Shown here: one piece after another, positions 1-12,200 of the stretch
Numbering within the stretch: the first letter of the stretch is position 1
How the letters are laid out: each line of letters opens with the position of its first letter
Assembly (NCBI GenBank): GCA_905178155.1
Contig: CAJINV010000001.1
Location: 7,967,599 to 8,031,598 of the forward strand
Reading direction: 5' to 3'
DNA: 64,000 bases
Source: Amoebophrya sp. A120
Taxonomy: Eukaryota; Protista; Dinoflagellata
The notes under the pieces: generated by a model
Told to the model about the DNA's origin: nothing
The model's input: only the letters and a program-made list of their open reading frames with translations
Database searches by the model: none
Translations under genes and position numbers: made by a program

Positions 1-267
1 CAGAAATCGTGTCACCTTCGCCTTTGCAAATTTCTATTGAGGGGAGAGCGCACGCGAGAGACAATCGTCGCTGAGTGCCTGTCGACAACGACAACTAGTG
101 TTGCTAGTCAGTGTCGCCTCGTTATTTTTTGGAACACTCGTGAAGCGCTGACGGCATAAGGCTCGTGAGATCCTTATCGTCGTTTGATTTTCCGTCGGGC
201 AAAATGACAATGATTTTTTAGTAAGAGAGAAACCCGTCTGTTTTGAATCAATAAACGCGAGTAAACT

Positions 268-2380
268 ATGGCAGACGCGGAGGAGCAGCCTCCGGAGGCT
301 GCCGCTGCTGAGGAGGCTGCGCCTGCCCCGGAAGGCGGTGATGCCCCGCCAGCAGAAGGGGAGGCACCGCCGGCTGAAGGAGAGGCCGCTCCGGCGGCTG
401 AAGGTGAGACCGCTCCGGCGGCTCCGGCCGAAGGCGATGCGGATGCCGCACCCGCAGAGGGCGCTGCACCGCCGGAGGAAGGAGCTGCCGCACCCGCGGA
501 GGGCGAGGCCGGTCCCCCAGCTGAGGAAGGTGCAGCCGTTCCGGCAGAGCCGCCAGCAGAAGAAACCGCACCCGCTCCGGCGGCCGAAGCGGTCCCACCA
601 CCCGTGGTTGAGGAGACCGCGGCACCCGCCGAAGCTGCGCCGGAGCCAGCAGAGGGGGAATCACCCGTGGCGGACGCACAGCTCGCGGTGCCAGAGGAGG
701 AGGAATATGTGGAGCCAGAAATCGATCTCACACCAGATCTCGAAGCGGCGCTTGCAGACTACCAGGAGCGAATTGAGGGTGAGTGTATCCGCAGTGCCGT
801 AAAGTTTCGCTCCGGATTTCGCCTTTCAAGAGTTTTCACGATGATTGATCAGGATCATAGTTTGATGTTAGCAGAGAGGACTCTGTGACTTCCCTCTCCC
901 TCAATGGAGGAGAAGTATGATATGACTGTCTGCATACACGTGTTTCGTACTTCACAGGACTCCACCAGGATAACCTTGCGTTGCAGAAGCGCGTGATCCA
1001 ATTCAAACACGCAACCCAGAAGGGCACGCAGAACGCCGCCGATTTGGAGACGCAGCAGCGAGTTACCGAACACAAATATTTGAACGTCTTGAGTCACGTG
1101 CATCAGGTAAGTTATTTGGAGGAGTCATTCTGCTATTCATTGCTTTCCATTGATTCACAAGAAATAAACAGATGAAGTGCCTCTTCACTCGGAACAGAGT
1201 TCTTACACCGCTCCCCCTACTCCATACCAGATCCGCGTGAAGCTGCGTACGCAGCAAGTGCGCGCCGCCCGGATTTCCGAGGAGCTGCGAGGGCAGCTGG
1301 AGGACAAGCGAGCGAAGGCGATCGAGTGCCGAGAGAGTTTTCGCGACTTCAAGCGACATATCAAATGTAAAAATGTCTGGGTCTGGAAACTTGTGATGCT
1401 GTGTGGCGTATCATGAGGAGGCGACAATTGCTGGCTCAGCATGACAAGTTTCTGAGCTTCTAGGTGTTGCCTATTCTGCATGACAAACTACGTTTCTGCA
1501 TGACAGAAAAGTGGGGCTCTTTGGTAATGTGCATGACAGATTTAAGAGCCATGCCAGACAAGCATGACAAACTTGCATTCTTCCAGACCCAGACATTTTT
1601 ACATTTGATACGACAAGTGGCGAAGAACGCGGAGTATTCCAGGACGGGGAAAAACATACCCGGGAAAATCATAACGGAAATCGAGAAGTTTGAACAAGAG
1701 AAGGAGGGGGAGGTCGAGGAGGTCCGCGGCGCCAACATTAGTCTGAAGAACCGACTGGCGAAACTCGAGCTGCAGCTGAGGAAAAAGGACGAGCTCGCCG
1801 AAAATCTCCACGTCATCGACTTTGAACAGCTCAAAATCGAGAATCAGACGCTCAACGAGAAAATCGAGGTGGAGTTTTTTTCGCAATTTTTTTGTCAGAT
1901 TTGTATACTTATGCATGGACGCAACAATGACGGAGACTGACTTCTCATACATTCTCTGTTCACAAGTGCAAATTTTCACCGACCCACTCACCACAGGAGC
2001 GCAACGAGGAGCTGCACAAACTACGAAAGAAAACCATTACGGTGGTGCAGATTTTGACGCACATGCGGGAGAAGTTAGAGTTCATCCAGGAAGAGAATCA
2101 CGTGCTGAAAGAAGATCTCAGCGTTTTGGAGGGCGAGTTGCAGCAAAAGCGCGATCTGCTGACGCAGCTGAAGGTCGCAAAGACGGAGAGCAAGGTAGAA
2201 AACGGTAAGTTGAAGCAGCAGGCGGGGATCAGTAGCAGTGAGAGTATGGCGACCGACTACGGCACGCGGCGGACGCGCTGCGAGAACATGAAGGCCGAAA
2301 TCGCGAACATGACCGAGGAAATCAAGCGAAAGACGAACTACGCGAAAACCGTCTTCAAACTCGTACCGCAGGCACAGTAA
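268..2380 (+). CDS. CFAP184: Cilia/flagella-associated coiled-coil protein CFAP184/CCDC96 (DUF4201), ~474 aa, 5 exons: 268-778, 958-1106, 1231-1358, 1616-1868, 1997-2380
   Basis: Spliced translation gives LHVIDFEQLKIENQTLNEKIEERNEELHKLRKKTITVVQILTHMREKLEF, the CCDC96 signature, after an Ala/Glu/Pro-rich N-terminus. GT-AG introns at 779-957, 1107-1230 and 1869-1996; the third intron is a TIR element. Exon sum is 1425 nt and in frame. Confidence 0.88.
1359..1610. mobile_element. Non-autonomous TIR element / introner, family A copy 1 (252 bp), intron of CFAP184
   Basis: Perfect 30-bp TIR TATCAAATGTAAAAATGTCTGGGTCTGGAA; 5-bp TSD CGACA at 1354-1358 and 1611-1615; removing element plus one TSD gives FKR-QVAKNAE in frame. 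Confidence 0.93.
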
Positions 2381-3224
2381 TGGATTTCGCGGAAGATTTG
2401 GGGGAGAAAAGAAAGGAAAATTTACGTTGAGTGTAGACATCGACACTCGACGCTTCCTCGTTAAAACTGTTAACTTTGACTTGACATTACCAATCTAAAG
2501 GCAAATTCCAAATTGCGCAAATTGCAGGCTTAGTCCAAAAGTACAACTTTGAACCTATAGTAACTCGATGGAATGATGTTTGAATCCAGATTGTTGTGAC
2601 CAGCAAAAATTGACTCTCATGTAAAAACGCTGATGCTAGGACCGAAGCAAGATCAGAATCAAAAAGCCGGGCTTCAGGACCGAGAGATTGATCAGTCTTA
2701 ACCGGGGAAGCGTGGTTGGAGTTCGCGTTCGGAGGAAAACCTTTTGTTTGCTTCCTCAGCAAAATTGAAAATTCTGGATCACTGTCATTTTGATTTACGT
2801 GTGTCGAAGTCGAAATGCAGAGTTGTTTTTTCGCCTGAGCGTAGTTTCATCTTCTCGATTTCAAATTCGCAGGTCGTGCTGCCGAGTGCAACTTTCAGTT
2901 ATGGTCCAAATCGAAATCGATATCAAATTTTTGCTTCCGATCAGTGGTTCGTTCGGTTTGATCAGTGAAATTTTTTTTGAAGAAGTGGAGGATGTGGTTT
3001 GGTTTTTTTCTGCAAAAAATGCCGATGCTTTCGCTTTTGTCGTTGAACAACCCTCACGTCTTGCAGCACCAAACCCTCTTGAAAGTAGCAGTGTGATCGG
3101 CGAAGAAATTGAAACGCTGGATTATACCTGAGAAAATGTTCTTGCAAAATATACTTGTCGTGACTTCTGTCAACATGGTTGAGCTCAAACGTCTTACAAT
3201 CTTGAACTAGGGTCTGTCTCCATT

Positions 3225-6200
3225 ATGGCGGCCGCTTCGAGCTCTTCTAACAACGCCCCCGGGGCGGGCGTCCTGGCGCTTCTTGGCGACGGCGGGGACT
3301 TTGGGGAAAATGACCGACCCAAGGAGAATGAGAACAAAAAAGCAGGCGACGACTTGTTCGACGGTCTGCAATTCGAAGAGGATGAAGATGACGAGGACGA
3401 CGAGGACTTGAAGCTGTTCCGCGATGAAGGTGAGCAAGTGCCTGCGCACGCCGCTTTCAATTCGCTGTTTCTCCCGGTTGCCGTGCCCAACTGTGCAGAG
3501 GAGAATCAAACGGGATCGAAATTCATCATTCATCTGCACAATTTTCTCAGAAGCCAGTATCCGCTGGACATGGTGAAGATGCGACTGAACAACAGGGGTA
3601 TGCAAAAATTGTTTCAGAAGCAAAGAAGCGCAGCAGAGGAAGACTACGAGTTCAAAGAAACGCAAGCTGCATTTTTTCTGTACAAGTTTGTTTCCCACAA
3701 CAGGAGAAGCAAAATGAATGTCCAGCAGGTCAGCTCAGAACTAGAAAAGCTAAGTACCGGAAAACGTTGCGTCAAAGACCCCGCGGTTGCTTTTTGGATC
3801 AAAAGTCAAAACGCAGTACTCTTTATTGAGCGCCCGCACGCACAGCATGCTCTCGTCAGCTCCTGGGGATTGCAGTGCCATCATTCGGAGGTCATGAATG
3901 CGGAGCGGTGCTTCATGACCTTACCAGAAGTGCGGGCTGCTGCCGCTCCTGCTACTCTGGGGCAGGCCTTTGCAGAGCAGATTGTGGAGTTGGCGAACAA
4001 CGATGAGCCTTTAGCGTACCCGAAGCAGGGAAAGGCGCTGCGCACCGTCAGGGAGGACGACGCTGGCGCGACGCGTGTGGGACGTGGTGAAAGTACCACT
4101 GTCCCTCAGCCTGTGTTCGTGACGCAGTTTCTGCCTGCCGTTATGGGAATGCAGACCCAGCGAATTCGGCGAATGGGTGGCCTTGTGGGCAGCGCGGATA
4201 ACTCGGCGGATGATGACATGATGGAAATCGACGGGGACCCTCCGCAGCAGTCCGCAGCGTCCTCATCCTCCAGCTCAAAACAGGCAAACCAGAAGCCGCC
4301 TGGGAATGCACCTGAGTCACAGAAGAAGAACCCCTCGAGTGCGGCAGCATCCTCTTCGAAAGCAATCGAAGTCCTTGCAGCGGGGGGCGGTGTCGGGACG
4401 CAGACGAATAAAGACTACGTACCACTGCGGAAAAAAGTTCGAGACCAAGTACAGGGAAGTTTCAATGCGCGACCGTGGCGGCGATCCGCAGGTATGGTCG
4501 CAACAAAGACCGCCTTGCACTTTTTCGCGCACCAAGTTCTGAAGGATCCCACCGTCTTCAAGCGCATTTGGTTGCAGTTTCTCGCTTTCACATTGCGTTC
4601 AGTAGTTGATTGTGGCCGCAACCAACTCCTTCGAATCCGCGTCTCGAGCATACTGGAAGCAGCGCGCAAGATTCAGCATCGGGAAGCGAAGCTTGGCGCT
4701 GATGTCGTGACCCTATTGACTGACCGAGGTATACTATCTATGTTTGTTGTTCGGTGCCCGGACTTCTGCATCTCCATTGCATGCGCCATGTAATTTAGGT
4801 GTTTTGGAATAGCAAAAACACATCAACAACAACATTTTTATTGAAAATTGGAAAACTCACACAGAGCGGCGCAAGATCCGCGATGCTGTTACCAAAGCGG
4901 TGATACTAGTGCAGGAGGACGACATGCGACTAACCAAATCCCCATCCACGTGTGCGGTGCATTTGTCTGCTGCAGAAGTCGCTCGCGATCAGACCCACGA
5001 GCTACGAAACAGCAAGGCCGAGCTTGGGCTGCTTTGTGTGGAGTGCGACGCGACAGAGGCGTACAGTCGCGGAAGCGCCGCTTCTGACCAGATTGAGGAC
5101 GAAGACGAAGTGGAAACGCCGGGGACAGCAACAAGCCGGCATTATCGAAACTATTCGTACAAGACGAAGATCTCCAGTATGCCCAACGCATCTACCCTCG
5201 CTCTACACTTTCGCCACATGCAAGTGCTCGTAGCAAAATGCAAAGAGGCCCGCGGGATCGCTATGACCGATACTACACTTACGCCGATGGATCGATACAA
5301 CCTGCTGGATGAAGTGGATGAGACCGTCCGACTTGCTGTCAAGGAAGTGTTTACGAATCCTGAGTCCTTGAAGCAACTGAGTGCAGGCTGGATCGGGGAC
5401 TGCGTTGTGGCTCTTCACCGAGAGTACCTACCCGTTGCGCGCGAATTCTACGCCGAAGGTTGCCGGGGGCCTAACCGCGCGAAAGTCTTTATCGAGTTTC
5501 GTGGAATGAGTGCTGCAATTCTCACGGCGGTATCGCTGCTCATGATTACTGACAAGGCGGCGTGTCTCGCACATCCGCTGTATGAAGAACATCCCATGGC
5601 CTTCGACGCGTCGCAGCTGGAGCACCTTTTTCTCTCATCCCTGCATCAAAAGACGCAGCTTCGTCGTCTCGAAATCTACATCCAGCAGCGGAAAAACAAG
5701 GCGGTCAGGGGCCTTCCGCCAGCAGGGTGTCAGGAAAAATTTACGCTAAACAGCTTCGCCGTCCGCTTCGCGCAACAAAGCGACGACATTGTCAAGGTGC
5801 ATGACGCGATCCAATCGGCGTGCGACATCAAGGCAGAAGCCAAGCGTGCAGAATTCGATCGGTTGTGGGCAGAGTGGACCATCGCGACTGACAAGCTGGA
5901 AGCGCACAGAGTCTGCAGCTGCCAGAAAGACACAGTGTATGATCGCCGCAAAGGGCGCAACGTGGTAAAGGTGGTGCAGCAATGTGAGAAGCACAAGGCC
6001 CAGAATAAGCGAAACGGGCTGCGAATGTCACCCTACGTCCGCATCCTGCCGAAGGAAGTTCCGGCTCAGTGGGCTGTCTTGTTCGAGCTGATGAAGCCAG
6101 ACATATTGCACTACGCCGACACAATGTGGCTCGACTTCGCGCTCGCCTTGTTACCGGACCTGAAGTCGAATTCCATCATCGCAGATTTCGATGGCAAGGT

Positions 6201-9200
6201 AGTGCCGTGGGCTGAGGAGAGTCGGGTTGTGAACGCAATCGAGCTCGCCGGCGGTGACCTCTCCATCATCGCTCACGACGAAAACACGACATACGATTTT
6301 GTTGGGCACTCGCGGCCAGCGGAAAAGCAGCAGCGTGTTGACAATTTTGAAAACAGCAAGGGCGTCAAGCACAACTCTATGGGCATGCACTACATCAACC
6401 GAAACGAGGCTTCCCAAGAGGAGGCGTTCGAGTGGCTTGAGCGCGGATCCTGGATCTGGGTGTTTAAACACTACTGCGAGCCACGCATGATTACTGCGCG
6501 GTACAAGTCAATGCAGGGTTTCGTCGGGTTCTCGCATACGGAAAACCAAGTCTTGGCGTTGCAGTCAGACGCCTATGCCAGCAATCGGTTGGGCGGTGCG
6601 GGGAGTATTTCGCTTCGAGAGTTCCAAGACCTCGGCAAGATGACTGCAGTTGCAGGGCTGCGTTTGGAGAAGCTCGCAGCGGCGTACCAGCAGGGTTGGT
6701 TGCAGTTTAACAGCCCCGACGTCGCGTCCTTCATCATGTCAGTGCTCTGGCAAGCGGGTCCGGTCCTTGCTGAAAACGATGCTGCCGGTGTGGACCAACT
6801 CCCTGCTGTCCCTGGTGGTGACGCTGCCCAAAACCAAGCTCGTGCGCAGGCCGCGAGTTGGCGTCGCCTGAGTGGTCACCGGCTCGGAATTGCCGGGGCA
6901 TCGCTCGCAGAGGATCTCATTCGTCATGCGCAGGTGTCTCTCGCTGGCATTCGCGAGAACTGGGACAAAAGTGTCGCGCTGTTGTCTCTCTCCCTGGTTT
7001 GCAATCTCTTGGTGGAGCACCTAGCGAAGCCCGAGCACCGCGATCGTGCTTGGTTTGTGAGTGTCGTCAAATCGTCCACTGCAGCTGATGGATCGTCCTC
7101 CTCCGCCCCTGCGCCGGCAATTCTCCAGGACCCGACGCTAGCAGCAGCTGTGGATTTGCTCCGGGAGATACGCAATGTGGCTGAGAAGTGGTTGGAGAAG
7201 TTGCGTGATGTTGCGGCAGACGTGACGAGCGAAGAGCACATTCAAAACATGCGGCGCAGAATTGTCGATGTTGCAACAATCGGATCGCTCTGTTTTGCTG
7301 CCGCGCCCTGTCTCACTTTGAAGGACGACAAGGACGTGCAACAATGGCTGCTTTTCCGTGCGTCTTTGCAAGACCACCTGAGCATCACCGACTGCACTCC
7401 TGCCGCCGGCTGGCGGCGAGTGCCGTTGCTGCTCGCGGAAAGTCACGCGCACCAGCTCCTTATCTTCCTCGTCTTACGATTCAAACTCACCGGGATGGCC
7501 CGTCCGCTTGGCGACTTCCTTCGCTCCTACTGGACGGGCGACCAGTCAAACTGTGTGCAAGAGTGGGAAGAGCTCACGGCATCGAAACCTACGGGAGCCT
7601 GGTACCGTGCGAAGTTTGGACCGTGCTGGATCGACTTGAACGTGATCGACGGTACGTTTCTGGTGAACGGGGCGCCGTGCAAACGCTTGCCGCGGGCGAT
7701 CGTGGATCACCAGGTTTACCAGCGGCTCTTTGGCAATGCGATTTTTGCAGTCCAAAGTGTTGGTCGCGGGGTGTACAGTACCGCTGTGCAAATCAATGGC
7801 GCATACTTTATCTTCAAAGAAAACAAGGCGTCTGGAGTCCCCATCATACTGGAAAAACGAGAAAACTCCCCCTCGATGATCGACTTCGACGCCATGGAGG
7901 ACAGCCAGCGCAGTGGCCTTGCCATCCTAGTGCCCCACCAAGTTTTTTTGCACAGCGCGGCCGGGCCAAACAAAGATGGTCCAAGCCCGCTTCCGGGTGG
8001 TGCCAGTGGCAAAAAAGACAAGGGCCCTCTGAACGTTGCGGCCGGTTTAGATTTGGGCCTCGACGATAAAAGTCCGGGATCCGACCGCATGGATGTAGAT
8101 TATGAAGCTGTCGACGACTTCATGCGTGTTGACAACGACGTTGGTGGAGCAAAGGGCGGAGGCGGTAAGGGTGCGCAAATCAAGGCGGAAGCCGATGACA
8201 CTGGTTCCGACATTCCTTTGCAGAATAGCGATGGCGATGCGGAGGATAATGAGGATGTGGGTAATGCGAATGGCAACGGGGCGGGCCTGAACCAGCACGA
8301 TGACCTTCCGCACGCTCTGATACACGAATACTCTCACTGGCTGAAAAAGGACAATGACGGCCATTGGGAAGTAGAGTTCCGGCCAATTCGCTACAACGAT
8401 CCCAAGTTCGGCATCGCCGCGCCCGAGTTTGTACTTCGATACGCCGACCGTGTTGTGGTGGATCCCCGCACCAACATGTTTCTCCTCGATCTCGGTTCCG
8501 CTGTGGTGTCTCACCTGGATGCCGCACTCACGGGTCGACTGGAGCTGCGAAAGTTCGCTCATGTGTTCAGCAGTTTGGGTGGGGCGCAGAAGGAAGGCGA
8601 GCCAGGCTGCATAGCGGAAATCCGTTTGCCGCGGCGGCAGAACCTTCGCTTTCATGTGCTGGAGCGCGACGAAGCTGGTTCACCAAATGTTATCACTGCG
8701 CCGGACTTGGGTGGCATGGTGGTCGCGAAGAACCAGTGCATCGGTTACAACGGCGAAGATACGCTTCGTGGATTGCAGCACGGTTTGGTGCTATCGAAGC
8801 AGATCGCAGGGGCTGCACCAGAGCAGGACGAGCAGTCAGCTGACCTTGGAGACAACGCTGCTGCCGGGTCCAGCGACGCAGTGTTGCGAAAAGGACAGCA
8901 GGCAAAGCAGCCATTGCAACTATTGCCGAGCGTAAACCTTTTGCCGGGTGGAAAGCACAAAATGGAGCAGAATCTTCAGGGTGGCCCAGACGCTCAGCCA
9001 CCGGCGCTGGAGATGCGGACTTTGCTGGTCCCGCACGGCAGTGTGAGACGGCTGAAGAAGGGCGGCGTCGTCATCGATCTGAACGCCGTAAAGCGGCCTG
9101 CGTTCTTCCAGTACCCCATTCGGGAGCATCTCCGTGACTTGCATCCCCAGCCGACCCGCATGGCTTCGCTGTTTCTGGCGCTGTTGCACGCGTGCTGCGG

Positions 9201-12200
9201 GCGGCTGCTTCCCGACTCCTTCACACAAGTGACAGGAACGGATCGCGCCATGGAAATTTATCGATCGGGCCGTGCTGGCGGGAACATCACCAGCCGACTG
9301 GACGACGCCGACCTGCCGGATCTTCTGACGGAGCTCGAGCTTCAGTTTGCCTTCCTGCTTCTGTCACCCGAGCGGCGCTGGGAACCCCAGGGTCAGCTGA
9401 TCGAGTACACGAACGCGTTTTCGTGGTCGCTGGAGCCGCTGTGTGCGCACCCCGGACTCGCTTGCTTGGCTAAGCGGCACGCGCTTGCAATGCTGAGGGC
9501 GCTCTTTCTGGCCGGCAAGCTGGATAAGTTCCTCGATGCCCTGCGCCTGGCGGATCGCGACATGGTGGAATTGTGGCGGGACCAGGTGCGAAAGCGCTTC
9601 GGGATCTTGAACCTCCGCGGAGCACTAATGTCCCTCGAGTCACAGTCGACAATCGCGCAGCTGACAAGAGGTGAGATTGTCGAGGGATTCAGCTCGGAAA
9701 CGTCTGAGAGCCTGGCGGCGTACCTCGCCGGCGACGTCTTGGATGCACAGACCACGGGGAAGAAAGATCCGAACAAAAAAGACAGTAAGAAACAGGAGGA
9801 CGACGATCAGGATCTCCCTGGCAGCGACGACGAGGACGAGGAAGATGAACTACTTGGTTCCCCTGATGCAGCAGACGCTCTTATCGTACGTCCGCAAGCT
9901 GCTGGTAAGCGTCGAATGAAGATGAAAAACAAGATGCAAGGAAAGCGCCAGAAGGGTGGGCGACCGCCTGCGGTTGCGGTGCTGGTGCACCAAGACTTCG
10001 ATGCGAAAGAGCTGACAATACAGTGGCTCGCCGGTGAAATGGTACATGTCTTTGACGATGCCGAAGAGCTGTTTTCGTCGGACACGCTGGATGGGTTGCG
10101 ATTAATGGGCGAGCTTGGACTCCATCGCTCTCCAGCCTGGAGAAACGCTGAAACCAAAGCGCGGCTGCAAACCTCTCTTGTGGATGAGCTGACACGAGTT
10201 GGAACCGCAGTCGATTATCTAAAGGGAAAGTCCAACTTCACACTCACCCTGCAAAAAGACGCCTGCAATCTTGCGAGTACAGTCCGTGACATGCTGAAGG
10301 CACCGGATGGCACGCAACTCAACTTCTTGGACCACTTCTGCGATTTGTACAAGCATTGCTCCCTCGGCTACGCTCACACCCAGACCCCGTGGTTGCGGAC
10401 AACGTTTTTCCTGTCGCGGCTATTTTTGGTGTATCCAGATGCCTTACCCTTTCTTTTGCAATTGCAGTTCGTGCAGCGCGAGAAGGCCGTTTTTGACAGG
10501 ATACCAGTTCCGGGGCACACGCAGTACATTCACCCGCACGAGCATGGCTTCACATTGCAGCGAGTGCGCGAGGTCTTCGACGATAGTGCGTGCGTATTTG
10601 ACCACCAGCTCGGCAACTATGTCGACGAATTTCAGGAAGCAGAGCAGCGGGAGCGGCATGACAAAAAGAAAAAGGAGGCTTGGGAATGGATCAGTACGTA
10701 TTGCGCGCAGCAGTACAGCGAGTCGAAGAACTTCGAGGCAGTCTCAGTTCCAAACGAGGTCGCTGCGGCATTGACCAGCGTGGTTGCCTTCGAGAATCGC
10801 GTGAATGCCTTGTTTCGAGACTGGAGGAAAAGCGACCAGCTTCACAAGTGGCTCAGCAATATTGTGACTCTTGTGAAGTCAGTTATCGCCACGTATTCGC
10901 AAGGGAACGACGCTGGCTTGACAGCATTAGCAGAGCGGCGGAAAGACGAGATGCAGACCGCGCTCAGGGTGCACTCTTCGGCTGCTTCTGCTGGGGGAGA
11001 TTCTCAAGTTCCCAGGCCGCCATTTGTTTTTCAAGAGTGGCTGCGCGAAAAGCTCTTAGCGCAAGCGGGAAGGGAAGTCAAGAGGGGCGGGAAATCGGGA
11101 CCGGTAAGGGTTGACAAAAAGGGTGCATCTGCCCAAGCTGCGTTGCTTTTGGAGCCAGAAACTGTCGATGCAAACACTGCCGCTGCAAATATGTGGCGTG
11201 TGAAATCCACGAGGGAAAGCTTTCGCGAGTTCTGCCGCCAATACGAGGCGGCGAAACCAGAGCCGGCTGCAAAGCGCAATCGGACGGCAAAGGGTGCGGA
11301 TGAAGAAACCGCTCGCGACACCACAAAGCCAAATAGGTTGCTTGAGGCGACTCCGGACATGAGTCTGCCTAATATCGTCGATGGCAGGGAGTACACAGAA
11401 GTTGCCGAGCGGCTGCGCAGCGAGCTGGCGGAAAGTTGGCAGCTCGCGTGCAACGAGAAAGTCATAACGGCGCACAACGCAAAACTGAGCGCCACGCAGC
11501 TTCTTGAGACCAAACTTTGGCTGAAAGAACAGCGCCGGCTAGTGGGAAAGGAGATGCGAGCCGCGTGGAACAAGATGCAAGCCTACTGTGGATTTTCTGC
11601 CGACCCGAATGTGATATTGCTAGAGGACGCTGATCTTGGACACCTCTACGACACCGGTTTCGCGACAATCCTGACCCCAACTTCCGTGCTGAAGCAGTGG
11701 TGCCGGCAGAGTGCTGGATTCGACACTGCTAGCAACATGGCGTGCCACCTACCGCAGGTGCTGGCCAATCTGGTTTTGGCGTTCGCCCTGGAGCTCCGGA
11801 ACATCCAGCGCGTGGACCGCTTGATCAGATTCGTCGACGCCGCAGACTGGCGCAAACTTAAGCAGGAGCTTGGCACGTGGGGCTGCGAAGGGTGGTCGCC
11901 TTTGGAATACCCCGAATTCCTGGCCTTCGAACTCGATTCGGACCTCCTGATCTGGCGATCGCAGGCCGAGGTCGCGCAGGAATTTTTGACCGCGACGTCC
12001 AATAGGCTGCTCCAGCAGAACATGGGGGAAGGCAAAACGGCAGTCACGTTGCCCTTGGTTCTCGCCGCATCAGCTCGCGGAACCAAATTAGTCCGAGCAA
12101 CTGTCCTCACCCATCTGTTTGTCACCAACCTCGCGGACTGGCAGTGGAAACTGGGCGGAATATTGGACAGGAAAATACAGCCCCAGTTGTGCCGTCGGGA

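Noticed and set aside
1203-1481. Short ORFs shared by TIR elements (MQNRQHLEAQKL..., also at 42358)
   Set aside because: These are translations of the repeated non-coding element running into host sequence; no transposase motifs.
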